Positions 18,372 through 28,131 of a stretch of 64,000 nt of DNA are shown piece after piece (within the stretch, counting starts at the first letter, position 1; each line of letters begins with the position of its first letter). Under the pieces are notes generated by a model that was not told the DNA's origin, searched no databases, and was given only the letters and a program-made list of their open reading frames with translations. This DNA comes from Deltaproteobacteria bacterium (lineage in GTDB: Bacteria; Myxococcota_A; Polyangia; Fen-1088). The translations under genes were made by a program, and so were the position numbers. The stretch covers positions 96,001 to 160,000 of the forward strand of contig JANRKS010000023.1 of the NCBI GenBank assembly GCA_033763315.1, in the 5' to 3' direction.

Positions 18372-19202
18372 TCATCGCAGGTTGTGAATGGGAACCGCGT
18401 CCATGTCGTCAAACGATTGATTTTCGCCGCCCATCGCCCACACGAAGCTGTACGCGTGCGTGGCAACCCCGGAATGCATCGACCAGCTGGGCGAGACCAC
18501 CGCCTGGCGGTTTGCCACCCACAGATGCCGCGTGTCTTGGGGCGTGCCCATGATGTGGAGCAAGCGATGCGCCTCCGGCAGGTCGAAATAGGCATACGTC
18601 TCGCAGCGCCGCTCGTGCGTGTGAGGCGGCATTGTGTTCCACACGTTGCCGGGCTCAAGCTCGGTGAATCCCATCACCAGCTGGCAACTGCGGATGCCAT
18701 CCACATGGATGAATTGGTGAATGCGCCGCTTGTTCGCTTGGGCTTGGCTGCCGAGCGACAAGATGCGTGCCTCTTCCGGCGCGGCGGCGCGGCTGGGAAA
18801 GGTGGTGTGCGCGGCAAAGCTCACCAGAAAGAACGCGGCGGGATCGGCGGTCGATGCGCTTTCGAAGACGATGTCCTCAGTGCCGCGCCCTAGATAAACG
18901 CAGCCCTTGTGCGGCACAGAGAAGGCTTCTTTGGCGGTTCGCACCTGACCGGCGCCACCCATGTTGATCACACCCACTTCGCGGGCCGCACAGAATGAAG
19001 TTGTGCGAAATTCTTTGGGTGCAAGCAACGGCAGTGGTTCGGTGGTGGGCAACGCCGCGCCCAACACCTGGCGATCCACATCCACCATTTTTAGCGTGAC
19101 CTTTCCTGGCACGAACAGATCGTCCATGAGGAACGCTTGGCGCAGTTCCTCGCTGCTCAGTGATCGGTAACGAACGTTGTCGGGCAGATACTGTATTTTC
19201 AT
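18372..19202 (-). CDS. kduI: 5-keto-4-deoxyuronate isomerase
   Basis: CQLVMGFT, WNTMPPHTHERRCE, SPSWSMHSG, WAMGGENQ. Confidence 0.96.
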   Translation of the reverse strand: MKIQYLPDNVRYRSLSSEELRQAFLMDDLFVPGKVTLKMVDVDRQVLGAALPTTEPLPLLAPKEFRTTSFCAAREVGVINMGGAGQVRTAKEAFSVPHKGCVYLGRGTEDIVFESASTADPAAFFLVSFAAHTTFPSRAAAPEEARILSLGSQAQANKRRIHQFIHVDGIRSCQLVMGFTELEPGNVWNTMPPHTHERRCETYAYFDLPEAHRLLHIMGTPQDTRHLWVANRQAVVSPSWSMHSGVATHAYSFVWAMGGENQSFDDMDAVPIHNLR

Positions 19203-19984
19203 GAATTGATCCCTATGGCGGCCTTGGCGGCGCGGTAACCCAAGCGATGTGAAAGATCCATGGCAGCCGACATCACGTGCCCCGCCATCTCAGCGACTTT
19301 GCGTTTTGGAAACGAAGCCACAGACGCGGTTATGCCCATGGCTGCGGCGAGGTTTCCGTGCGCATCCCACACGGGAGCGGCCAAGCAGCGCACACCCACG
19401 TGGTATTCCTCGTTGTCGAGCGCATAGCCTTGGCGGCAAACGCGTTCCACTTCGGCAAGCAACGCATCGGTCGACGTGATGGTGCTGGGCGTGCGGCTGC
19501 GCAGATCCAACGTGCCCACGAACGCCTCGGCTGAGGTGCTCAAGCCGAAGCTCAGCAGCACCTTGCCGGTGGCCGATGCGTGCAGATCGGCCAAGGTGCC
19601 CGCGCGGCTGGTGGCATGCACAGGATGAGGGCTGTCACACACTTCGACGATCAGCGCCTTATCGCCTGAAAGCAAAGCGAGGTGCGATGTTTCGCCGGTG
19701 CTGAGGGCCAACCCGCGCAGGGTGGGAACCGCCACGGAGCGAAGGTGCGCGGGGCCCATGGCGCCAAGGCCAAGACGCAACAGCTCACTGCCGGCGCGGA
19801 AGTTCTTGTTCTCGCGCACCAAGAGCCCCTCATCGCAGAAGGTGTGAAGAATCCTTAAGACGGTGGTGCGCGGCATCTGCATGCGGCGAGCGACCTCGGA
19901 AGAGTTCAGCGTGCCTCCCGTGCGTGAAAACAACTTCAGAATCTGGCACGCGCGCGCCAAATTCGGAATCGAGTATTTGTCCAT
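19199..19984 (-). CDS. IclR family regulator, paralogue of 15250
   Basis: IPNLARACQ start like the paralogue; GETSHL, ATGKVLL, EEYHVGVRCLAAPV. Confidence 0.9.
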   Translation of the reverse strand: MDKYSIPNLARACQILKLFSRTGGTLNSSEVARRMQMPRTTVLRILHTFCDEGLLVRENKNFRAGSELLRLGLGAMGPAHLRSVAVPTLRGLALSTGETSHLALLSGDKALIVEVCDSPHPVHATSRAGTLADLHASATGKVLLSFGLSTSAEAFVGTLDLRSRTPSTITSTDALLAEVERVCRQGYALDNEEYHVGVRCLAAPVWDAHGNLAAAMGITASVASFPKRKVAEMAGHVMSAAMDLSHRLGYRAAKAAIGINS

Positions 19985-20127
19985 ATTTGAACAGGCACGT
20001 TCTTCCATGGTCAAACTATGGAGAGGCGCGTTCCGGAGGTCAACCGCTATTTGAGCCCCCTGTGCCGGTTGCTGGCACGCCTGTTCAGCCCTGGCCGTAT
20101 GGACACCGTGTTGTTCGCATGTGAACA
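19978..20127. promoter_or_regulatory. Two palindromic operators in the divergent iclR/eda spacer
   Basis: TGTCCATATTTGAACA (19978-19993, over the start codon) and TGTTCGCATGTGAACA (20112-20127), both followed by GGC. Confidence 0.6.
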
Positions 20128-20220
20128 GGCTTGTTAAAACTGTCCAATTTGACGGCAAAAAGCGCGATTCAAGGCGGCCGCTCTCGCAAAAAGCAGCAAC
20201 CGCTCACACCGCTTCGATCC

Positions 20221-20934
20221 ATGCTGCCGTTCATGATCACTGCTGTTTCTCCGCCGTTTGTGGCACCGCAAAATTGGGCTCTTACCGGCGATTTCAACGA
20301 GGGATTTCGCCATTGGTTGGCCGCCATTCGCGTGGTTCCGGTGGTGCGAGCCGCCTGTGCCGAGGACGCGTTGGCGGTCAGTGAAGCGTTGATCGCAGGT
20401 GGCATCGCAGCGATCGAGGTGACGTTGACGGTTCCGGACGCGACGCGCGCGATCGCGGCGTTGGTGGATCGCTTGGCGGTGACAGTCGGCGCCGGCAGCG
20501 TGCGAACGCGTGACGATGCCGAACGTGCCATGGACGCAGGTGCCAGATTCATCGTGGCTCCGACGTGCGAGAGCGAAGTTCTGCACGCCTGCCAACGCCG
20601 CCAAGTGCCTTGCGTGCTCGGGGCGCTCACGCCAACCGAAATCGAGCGGGCGCACGCAGCCGGGGCCGCGGTGGTGAAGGTATTTCCGGTTGGCTCCATG
20701 GGCGGGCCGAGCTACATCAAGGCCGTCAGCGCGCCGTTGCCGGACATCCCCTTGATGGCGACGGGCGGTGTGGCGTTAAGCGAGATCGAAGCCTATCTCG
20801 ACGCGGGAGCCATGGCGGTGGGCATTGGCAGCGAGTTGGCGAACGTGGCAGCGGTTCAACGGGGCCACGGTGATGAAGTGATACGAGCGGCACAAGATCT
20901 TCGCTCGCGCCTTTTGGGTTCAAAGAGCCGATGA
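20221..20934 (+). CDS. eda: KDPG/KHG aldolase (start uncertain)
   Basis: IEVTLTVP, GAGSV, GALTPTEI, VKVFP, ATGGV. Confidence 0.92.
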   Translation: MLPFMITAVSPPFVAPQNWALTGDFNEGFRHWLAAIRVVPVVRAACAEDALAVSEALIAGGIAAIEVTLTVPDATRAIAALVDRLAVTVGAGSVRTRDDAERAMDAGARFIVAPTCESEVLHACQRRQVPCVLGALTPTEIERAHAAGAAVVKVFPVGSMGGPSYIKAVSAPLPDIPLMATGGVALSEIEAYLDAGAMAVGIGSELANVAAVQRGHGDEVIRAAQDLRSRLLGSKSR

Positions 20935-21710
20935 TGAACGCGTTTTCTTTGCAAGGCAAAACGGCACTCATCACGGGGTGTCGCCGTGGGATTGGGCGGG
21001 CCATCACAGTGGGCTTGGCGGAAGCTGGCGCCGACATCATAGGAGTGAGCTCGAACCTTGAACCTGATTCCCAAGTGGAACGAGAGGTGCGCGGGCTTGG
21101 TCGCAAGTGGACAGGCTTCAAGGTGGATCTTGCGAGTCGCCCTGCCCGCAAACAGCTGGTGAGCGCGCTCGATAGCGCCGCGCTTGATGTTGACATCTTG
21201 GTCAACAACGCAGGCACCATCCTTCGCCAACCCGCGGCCGAACACGGCAACGATCTGTGGGATGCCGTGATCGAGACGAACCTCACCGGCCCTTTTGAAC
21301 TCACGCGCGATCTTGGGGCGCGCATGTTGAAGCGAGGCACCTCGGCCACGCGCGGTCCCGGCAAGGTGATCTTCATTGCGTCTTTGCTTTCGTTCCAAGG
21401 TGGCATCAACGTGCCTGGATATGCCGCGAGCAAAGGCGGCATTGCGCAGCTCACGAAGGCGTTCGCCAATGAGTGGGCCGGCCGCGGCATCAACGTGAAC
21501 GCCATTGCACCCGGCTACATCGAAACCGATAACACGGCCGCGCTTCGCGATGACGCTGATCGACGCGCGGCGATCACGGCGCGCATCCCCGCCGGCCGGT
21601 GGGGCGTGCCGGAGGATTTCAAGGGACCTGCCGTTTTCTTGGCCAGCGGGGCCAGCAATTACATCCACGGCACTGTCTTGACTGTGGATGGCGGCTGGAT
21701 GGGCCGGTGA
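20931..21710 (+). CDS. kduD: 2-dehydro-3-deoxy-D-gluconate 5-dehydrogenase
   Basis: SDR; IASLLSFQGGI.VPGYAASK, RIPAGRWG, VDGGWMGR. Confidence 0.92.
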   Translation: MMNAFSLQGKTALITGCRRGIGRAITVGLAEAGADIIGVSSNLEPDSQVEREVRGLGRKWTGFKVDLASRPARKQLVSALDSAALDVDILVNNAGTILRQPAAEHGNDLWDAVIETNLTGPFELTRDLGARMLKRGTSATRGPGKVIFIASLLSFQGGINVPGYAASKGGIAQLTKAFANEWAGRGINVNAIAPGYIETDNTAALRDDADRRAAITARIPAGRWGVPEDFKGPAVFLASGASNYIHGTVLTVDGGWMGR

Positions 21711-21722
21711 CCGGAGACACAC

Positions 21723-22067
21723 ATGGATCACGACGACGTTCTGAACCTCTTTTGCTTCGCCAAAGACGTGCAGCCCCTTTACCCAGAGCCGGGTTTACGC
21801 AGATTCATATTGGCCACGGGGTCACAGATGATGCTCGTTCGCCACTTGATGGACGAAGGCTATCAAGGCGCGGCTCACAGCCATCCGCATGATCAGATGG
21901 TTTACGTGCTCGCGGGTCGCTTGCGCGTGGTGGTGGCCGAAAGCACCTTCGAGGTCGGGCCTCAAGATAGTTTCATCGTTCCCGGAGGCGTGCAGCACCA
22001 AGCCACAGCGCTTGAGGCGGCCGACGTGTTGGATGCCTTCACGCCGCAAAGACGGGATTACTTGTGA
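21723..22067 (+). CDS. kdgF: Cupin, KdgF-like pectin degradation protein
   Basis: HSHPHDQ cupin motif and DAFTPQRRDYL C-terminus; uronate context. Confidence 0.8.
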   Translation: MDHDDVLNLFCFAKDVQPLYPEPGLRRFILATGSQMMLVRHLMDEGYQGAAHSHPHDQMVYVLAGRLRVVVAESTFEVGPQDSFIVPGGVQHQATALEAADVLDAFTPQRRDYL

Positions 22068-22097
22068 AGAAGTCTTGGCGGCTCCGCTTGTTCATTT

Positions 22098-22140
22098 CTT
22101 GCGCAAGTTGATCGCTTCACCTTGCGCAAATCGCGCAAAA
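22098..22140. promoter_or_regulatory. Putative enhancer (UAS) repeats TTGCGCAA
   Basis: CTTGCGCAAG 22098-22107, CTTGCGCAAA 22121-22130, TCGCGCAAAA 22131-22140; 60-100 bp upstream of a sigma54 site. Confidence 0.5.
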
Positions 22141-22199
22141 CGCGGCTCCTTCGCGCGCCTTTGACCCCCTGAACGCCGGGGCATGACTGCGCATCAGCG

Positions 22200-22215
22200 T
22201 GGCGCGCCTTTTGCT
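22200..22215 (+). promoter_or_regulatory. Sigma54 -24/-12 promoter
   Basis: TGGCGCGCCTTTTGCT, GG-N10-GC spacing, about 50 bp before ATG 22264. Confidence 0.75.
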
Positions 22216-22263
22216 GAAACCAAGTCTGATTCCACGTCCCTCGTTCACCTTTGGAGGAAATTC

Positions 22264-23181
22264 ATGCGGCAACCTTTCGTTCGTTCCCTTGGCAATCTAG
22301 CTTTGCGCCACGCTGTGTTGACCAGTGCTTTTGCGGCGGCCATCGCGTGCGGCCCCGCGCCCAGCGACAGCACCCCGCCCGGTGGCGGCAACACGGGCGG
22401 TTCGTCATCGGCCGGCGGATCTTCAGGGAACAACAACAAGGGTGGATTACCAGGAACGAGCGGCACCGGTGCGATGGGCGGCTCCAGCGCAAGCGCGAAC
22501 GGCGGATCGATGGGCTCGATGGGCGATGGGAGCGTGCAATGCAACGGCGAGCCTGGCACCGGCGCGTTGTCTGATTTCGAGGGAGGCACGGCCAAGCTTT
22601 TGGAGCTCGAAGGCCGTACGGGCAGCTGGTTCCTGTATGACGACGGCACGGCGGGCGGCACCCAGATGCCTGCAAAGGTGCCAAACATGCCTTTGGCAGC
22701 CGAGGGCCCCGGCGCCTGCAACAGCATGTTTGCGTTTCACTCAACCGGCAGCGGCTTTGACAGCTGGGCTGGCGTTGGGGTGAACTTGGCGCCAAAGGCT
22801 TCTAACGGAAAGAAGGGCGTCCAAAACATAAGCGCTTATTCATCGATCAGTTTCCGCGCCAAAGCTGCCAACCCGGTGCTCGTGCGCGTGGCCATCTCCG
22901 ATAAAAACAGTGAGCCTGAAGGCGGCGTGTGCACCGTCACCACGGTCACAACCGACAAAACACGGTGTGCAGATCACTTCGGCAAAGAGATCACGATCGG
23001 CTCTGGCTGGAAGGATTACACCATCCCGTTCGCGCAGCTTTCGCAAAGGGGCTTCGGCTTGGCCGTACCCAGTGGGCTCGATAAGAACAACGCGATCACG
23101 CTGTTCTTTCAAGCCCGTGCCCAAGGGACCGCGAAACTTTCTTACGATCTGTGGCTCGACGACGTTCGCTTCGTGAAGTGA
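22264..23181 (+). CDS. Lipoprotein with Gly/Ser linker and CBM11-like galactose-binding fold
   Basis: GGAGG RBS; AIAC lipobox; DFEGG..GSWFLYDD, IPFAQLSQ, WLDDVRF. Confidence 0.7.
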   Translation: MRQPFVRSLGNLALRHAVLTSAFAAAIACGPAPSDSTPPGGGNTGGSSSAGGSSGNNNKGGLPGTSGTGAMGGSSASANGGSMGSMGDGSVQCNGEPGTGALSDFEGGTAKLLELEGRTGSWFLYDDGTAGGTQMPAKVPNMPLAAEGPGACNSMFAFHSTGSGFDSWAGVGVNLAPKASNGKKGVQNISAYSSISFRAKAANPVLVRVAISDKNSEPEGGVCTVTTVTTDKTRCADHFGKEITIGSGWKDYTIPFAQLSQRGFGLAVPSGLDKNNAITLFFQARAQGTAKLSYDLWLDDVRFVK

Positions 23182-23190
23182 GCCACACCT

Positions 23191-24780
23191 ATGCACAATT
23201 TTTGCGCGCGCACCCTGCCCGTTTGGGTGTGCCTCGGCGGCGCCATCATCAGCGCACGAGCCCAGGCCCAAGAAGCAACTGAAGATCAAGAGACGCCTGA
23301 AGCACCGGCCGCCGGTGCTCCCACGCCGGCCCCCGCCGATAAAGATTCCGTGGGCCTGTCCCCACAGACGCCTCAGTACGGCCAAGAGGCAGACGAAGCC
23401 CGTCCAGCTCCGGCCTCCGCGACGATCGGCGGCGATGGTTTCAAGCTGGATTTCCAGGGCTACATGCGAGCGCCTATGCGTATTGGTGTTGGCCCCCGCA
23501 ACGACGGCATGCCTGGCAACGAGCTGCACAGCCCACCGCGCATACCGGATGGCACGTTCACCAATTGGAACTACCTCAACAACACGCCCGGCCCCTGGGC
23601 GGAGATGATGTTCGGTTACGGCAACAGCCGAGCGACGATGACTGTGTCGATTGCCAGCTTCAACCAAACCGTCGCCGGCTATCGTGAGCTTCAGGCGCAA
23701 CAGGGAATCAACCAGGCCTTTGTGACCGTTCGTTTCCCCGACACGTTCGGCCGTTATGGTGGACTCGTCGCCAACGTTGGCTCGTTTACCAATCGCTACG
23801 GCACAGCGGGCAAATATGGCGCCGGCATGTACCAAACCTACTTGTTTGGTCGAACGAGGGTGGCCGGTGAGACGCTCACGGCAACGTTTAATCTGACGCC
23901 TAACCACGATCTGGTTCTCGAACACGGCATCGGCGCCAAGCTGGATGTGATTCCTTTCGTCAAGGTTGATCCCCGTCCCGAGTACCTGCCATACGAGGGG
24001 CCCGAGCCACAAGGTTCAACGTTCTTGCATCACGCACACGTCTTATGGACGTGGCGCAAAACCCTCACGTTGGGCGGGCACTATCTGCGGTCATGGAGCC
24101 CTGACGATCGGCAGCTCGCGGGTGTGGCGAGCGCGCCCGGTTCGATGACGGTCAAAGGTGGCGAGGTTCGCCTCAACGGGGGTGTGGTGGGCGATGGCTA
24201 CCTTGGCTTCTCACGAGTCGAAGCCAACAACGTGCGCGTTCTAAGCGACGCCATTGAGGTTCTGCATTCGTTTGGTGGATGGCAGTTTAAGAACAACTTC
24301 TTCGGCCGTTTTGATCCTCGAACGGGCACAGCCGTGCGGGATGAGTCGGGGCGTGTGGATACGCTCCTCTTTCAGCACAGCGTGAGCATTGGAAAGATCG
24401 CTCGTTATCCGGCGCGCTTTTGGGGCCGTGGGCCCGACCTCGTGGCAACCGTGTTCGGCATGTACAACCGGGTGCAATCAGACAACAACAGCCATACCAA
24501 ACTCAAGGTCGGCGCAGATCTTCTCTACACGCCGCTGCCCTGGCTTGGCGTGGGTGGTCGATACGATCTGGTGCGTCCCGACTCTCGCGACGCCGAGGAG
24601 TCGTTCTCGGTGCTGTCTCCCCGGCTGCAATTTCGCACGCAGTTCTTGGCGCACGAACGCATCACTGTGCAGTACTCGCGCTACTTCCTCGGCAGCAAAG
24701 CTTATCCCGCGTTTCCTTACGAGACGTCCAACGCGGCTGATCCGGACGTGTTCATGATCGTGGCCTCGATGTGGTGGTGA
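23191..24780 (+). CDS. Outer-membrane beta-barrel protein (putative carbohydrate porin)
   Basis: Signal peptide, amphipathic strands, terminal ASMWW; polysaccharide context. Confidence 0.6.
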   Translation: MHNFCARTLPVWVCLGGAIISARAQAQEATEDQETPEAPAAGAPTPAPADKDSVGLSPQTPQYGQEADEARPAPASATIGGDGFKLDFQGYMRAPMRIGVGPRNDGMPGNELHSPPRIPDGTFTNWNYLNNTPGPWAEMMFGYGNSRATMTVSIASFNQTVAGYRELQAQQGINQAFVTVRFPDTFGRYGGLVANVGSFTNRYGTAGKYGAGMYQTYLFGRTRVAGETLTATFNLTPNHDLVLEHGIGAKLDVIPFVKVDPRPEYLPYEGPEPQGSTFLHHAHVLWTWRKTLTLGGHYLRSWSPDDRQLAGVASAPGSMTVKGGEVRLNGGVVGDGYLGFSRVEANNVRVLSDAIEVLHSFGGWQFKNNFFGRFDPRTGTAVRDESGRVDTLLFQHSVSIGKIARYPARFWGRGPDLVATVFGMYNRVQSDNNSHTKLKVGADLLYTPLPWLGVGGRYDLVRPDSRDAEESFSVLSPRLQFRTQFLAHERITVQYSRYFLGSKAYPAFPYETSNAADPDVFMIVASMWW

Positions 24781-24781
24781 A

Positions 24782-25681
24782 ATGAAAATCGCACAAACAT
24801 ATCGAAAAGCAGTCGCGGCGTTACTCACGGCTTATCTGGGATGCGGCTGCCTGACGGCGGCCGAGCCTCAACGGACGCGTCGGGGCTCCACAACGCCGTG
24901 GCGTTCGACATTTGAGAAAGTGGATTGGCTTGCAGAATGGAACCCGCAGCGGCACGGCCGTTTCGGGTTGGACAACTTGTCTGTGCACGAAGAGCCCGGG
25001 CAACCCATTCCTCGTTTTTTGCGCGCGCAATACTACAAGGGCGGCGCAAGCCCCAGCGCAAGCCGCCGCGTGGGCGTCAAAGAAGGCGGGGGCCAGATGC
25101 TTGGCACACTGCCAGACGGCCCCGTCGACGCTCTGTATTTGCGCTACTGGGTGAGGTTCGCGCCGGATTTTGATTTCGTCAAAGGTGGCAAGCTGCCCGG
25201 CTTTTATGGCGGCACCATGATCAGCGGTGGGAACATTCCCGACGGCACGAACGGGTTCTCCACGCGCATGATGTGGCGCACCGATGGCATGGGCGAGGTC
25301 TATATCTACGGTCCCACCAGCACCAAGTTCGGCACCAGCTTAGGGCGGGGCAGTTTTACGTTTGCCAAGGGACGATGGCACTGCGTGGAGCAGCGCCTCA
25401 TCTTGAACACACCATCGCAGTTGGACGGCCAAGTTCATATTTGGCTCGATGAAAAGCCAGTGTTCAGCGACACCCGGTTGCTGCTGCGCACGGTCGGGAG
25501 TTTGAAGATCGAAGGCGTGTTTTTCTCGACGTTCTTCGGTGGAGGCGATCCGTCGTGGGCTCCCCCTCGCGATACTTACGCGGACTTCGCCGATTTCGCC
25601 ACGAGTTCCAAACGACTTGGCTGCCCGGGCCTGCAAACCCCAGAACAGCCAACTTCACCAAAGGCAAAGGCGGGCACATGA
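24782..25681 (+). CDS. Polysaccharide lyase, PL14-like
   Basis: FDFVKGGKLPG, FSTRMMWR, FSTFFGG motifs; signal peptide. Confidence 0.8.
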   Translation: MKIAQTYRKAVAALLTAYLGCGCLTAAEPQRTRRGSTTPWRSTFEKVDWLAEWNPQRHGRFGLDNLSVHEEPGQPIPRFLRAQYYKGGASPSASRRVGVKEGGGQMLGTLPDGPVDALYLRYWVRFAPDFDFVKGGKLPGFYGGTMISGGNIPDGTNGFSTRMMWRTDGMGEVYIYGPTSTKFGTSLGRGSFTFAKGRWHCVEQRLILNTPSQLDGQVHIWLDEKPVFSDTRLLLRTVGSLKIEGVFFSTFFGGGDPSWAPPRDTYADFADFATSSKRLGCPGLQTPEQPTSPKAKAGT

Positions 25682-26841
25682 AGTTTTTTTCAGGGCTGAT
25701 TTGCGCAATTGTGTTCACGGGCGCGTGTGGTCCCACCGGTGAGGAGCGACCGCCTTATTCGTCAAATCCAGGCAGCGGCGCGGCGGGAGGCAACACAAGC
25801 GGAACCGGCGGCGCGGCGGTCGACTTTACCTTCGAGCCCGCCATGGCAGGGCAAGGCGGCATGGACGCCCTCGTCGTGCCACAGTCGTGTGCGGCAAAGA
25901 GTGTGGTGGGTGAGCGGCTGCCGCTTGATGTATTTGTGCTGCTGGATCAAAGCGGCTCGATGACTGAGGGCGAGGATCGATGGGGGCCTGTGACAGCCGC
26001 GATTTTGGGCTTCGTGGATGATCCCACTTCGCAAGGTGTGGGCGTGGCGCTGCAGTATTTTCCCTTGGGCGCACAGAAGCGCGAAGATCCACTCATCTGC
26101 CAAACCAGCAATTATGAAACGCCAGCGGTGCCGTTTGCGCAGCTTCCCCAAGCGGCGGCGGCCGTGCGCCAGTCGATCATGGCCCACGCGTTCGGTCCGG
26201 CAGAATCCGACACGCCCGCCCACTGGGGCACCCCCACCCGCCCTGCGGTGGAAGGCGTTCTCACGTACTTGCGCGCCTGGCAAGCCGCGCACGCCGACCA
26301 CCGCACGGTGTTGTTGTTGGCCACAGATGGTCTACCTTCAAAGTTGTGCGCCAAGAACACGATCAGTGACATCGCAGCGCTTTTGCGACAGGCAGCCACG
26401 GGGCCCATGCCCATCTCTACGTACGTGATCGGCATTGGCAAGATCGACAACCTGCAAGAGCTCGCGCAAGCGGGAGCCACCGGCAAGCCAGCGTTCGTTG
26501 TGAGCAATACGGGCGGTGAGGCGATCCGTGCGGAGTTTTTGGCAGCTCTTCAAACCATTCGAAAGGCGGCGGTGCCTTGTGCGGTTCGCATCCCCGATGC
26601 GATGGGCGCCGTGGATTTGGGAAAAGTGAACGTTGAGCTCACAGACGCGGGCGGCACAAAGAAAGTTGTTCCTCGTGTTGACGGTGCCGCAGCTTGCAAA
26701 GCTGGTGTGCCGGCCTGGCACTTCGACGTGGCAGACAAACCAAGCGCGCTGGTGATGTGCCCCAGTGCGTGTGAACAGGTTTCCTCACCGGGTGCACGCG
26801 TAGACGTGGTCATCGGGTGCAAGACGGTGGTGGTGCTTTGA
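25678..26841 (+). CDS. VWA-domain lipoprotein
   Basis: TGAC lipobox; LDQSGSM MIDAS, TPT, LATDG; Cys-containing C-terminus. Confidence 0.8.
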   Translation: MKFFSGLICAIVFTGACGPTGEERPPYSSNPGSGAAGGNTSGTGGAAVDFTFEPAMAGQGGMDALVVPQSCAAKSVVGERLPLDVFVLLDQSGSMTEGEDRWGPVTAAILGFVDDPTSQGVGVALQYFPLGAQKREDPLICQTSNYETPAVPFAQLPQAAAAVRQSIMAHAFGPAESDTPAHWGTPTRPAVEGVLTYLRAWQAAHADHRTVLLLATDGLPSKLCAKNTISDIAALLRQAATGPMPISTYVIGIGKIDNLQELAQAGATGKPAFVVSNTGGEAIRAEFLAALQTIRKAAVPCAVRIPDAMGAVDLGKVNVELTDAGGTKKVVPRVDGAAACKAGVPAWHFDVADKPSALVMCPSACEQVSSPGARVDVVIGCKTVVVL

Positions 26842-28070
26842 TCGTTTTGCGCCCACGCGTGCGAACGCTGGCGTGGCTGGTGTGCCTGCTGGGCGCCTCC
26901 GCCTGCGAGGCTGCTTTTCCAGGATCGACTGGCGTTGATCCCGTGGATGAATCAAGCCGCAACGATGGAGGAGCGCCGGCCGCTGGTGGCAACGGAGATC
27001 TCGATAACGTCGGCGGCGAGATGGGCGGTCAACCGCCAGACGAACAGCCCGCAACGGGTGGAATTGCAGGCGGCGGTGGCAGCGGCGGGCAAAGCGGTTC
27101 TGGTGGCATGACCGGCACAGGCGGCACATCGACGCCACCCACAGGTTTTCCGTCGCTGCCAGCGGATCCCTGCGGCTATGCCGCCACGCGGGTTGTGGAT
27201 GCCAAGGACACACAAGGCCTCAAAGACGCGTTGGCCACCGCGACGCCAGGCACGCGCATCGTCTTGGCTCCGGGGACCTATACCAGCAGCTTCGTGATCA
27301 GCCGTTCGGGCCGCGCCGGCGTTCCCATTGTGGTGTGCGGACCGCGCACCGCCATCGTGCAGGCGGGGCGTTCAGATGACGTCATTCACATAACCGGCGA
27401 CCACATCATTCTTTCTGGATTCGACGTGCGCGGCGGACTTCGTGGCGTGCTGACAGATGGGAGTGAGGGGGTGTTGCTGTCGGCTCTCGAAGTGCATGAC
27501 ATCGGCCAAGAAGGCGTTCACCTGCGAGCCAAGAGCTCCAAAAACCTGATCCGCAACTGCCGCATCTACAACACAGGTGTCAGCAAAGCAGAATTTGGCG
27601 AGGGCATTTATGTGGGCAGCGCCGTCAGCTCGTGGGCGAAATATGGCGGCGGCACCAACCAACCCGACCGCAGCGATGGCAATCTGATCATCGACAACAA
27701 CATTGGCCCGGATGTGCGAGCGGAGCACATCGACGTCAAAGAAGGCACAAGCGGAGGCACCGTGGAAGGCAACTCATTTGACGGGCGCGGCATGACGGGC
27801 CAAGGCTTCGCCGATTCATGGATCGACGTTAAGGGCAGCCAATGGCTCATCGCCAACAACCAGGGCAAGACGTCGTTGTTGGACGGTTTTCAAGTTCATG
27901 TTGTTGCTGATGGGTGGGGACGAGGGAACACATTTCGTGGCAATCGGTTCGACCTCGCAGGCAGTGGTTATGGCGTATGGATTGAGAAGTCTGCGCAAGA
28001 CAACAAGGTTGCTTGTGACAATCAACTCATTGGCAACGCCAAGGGCCTTTCCAACGTCGCTTGCGAATGA
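26838..28070 (+). CDS. Right-handed beta-helix lipoprotein (probable polysaccharide lyase; start uncertain)
   Basis: ASAC lipobox, Gly-rich linker, LAPGTY, EGIYVGS, HIDVKEGT, DSWIDVKG. Confidence 0.7.
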   Translation: MIVLRPRVRTLAWLVCLLGASACEAAFPGSTGVDPVDESSRNDGGAPAAGGNGDLDNVGGEMGGQPPDEQPATGGIAGGGGSGGQSGSGGMTGTGGTSTPPTGFPSLPADPCGYAATRVVDAKDTQGLKDALATATPGTRIVLAPGTYTSSFVISRSGRAGVPIVVCGPRTAIVQAGRSDDVIHITGDHIILSGFDVRGGLRGVLTDGSEGVLLSALEVHDIGQEGVHLRAKSSKNLIRNCRIYNTGVSKAEFGEGIYVGSAVSSWAKYGGGTNQPDRSDGNLIIDNNIGPDVRAEHIDVKEGTSGGTVEGNSFDGRGMTGQGFADSWIDVKGSQWLIANNQGKTSLLDGFQVHVVADGWGRGNTFRGNRFDLAGSGYGVWIEKSAQDNKVACDNQLIGNAKGLSNVACE

Positions 28071-28131
28071 CAGTGCAGCCTGCTTTCGCCGCGCGACAAA
28101 GCCGGATCAGCAGCAAAATCCAGCTGTGCAG

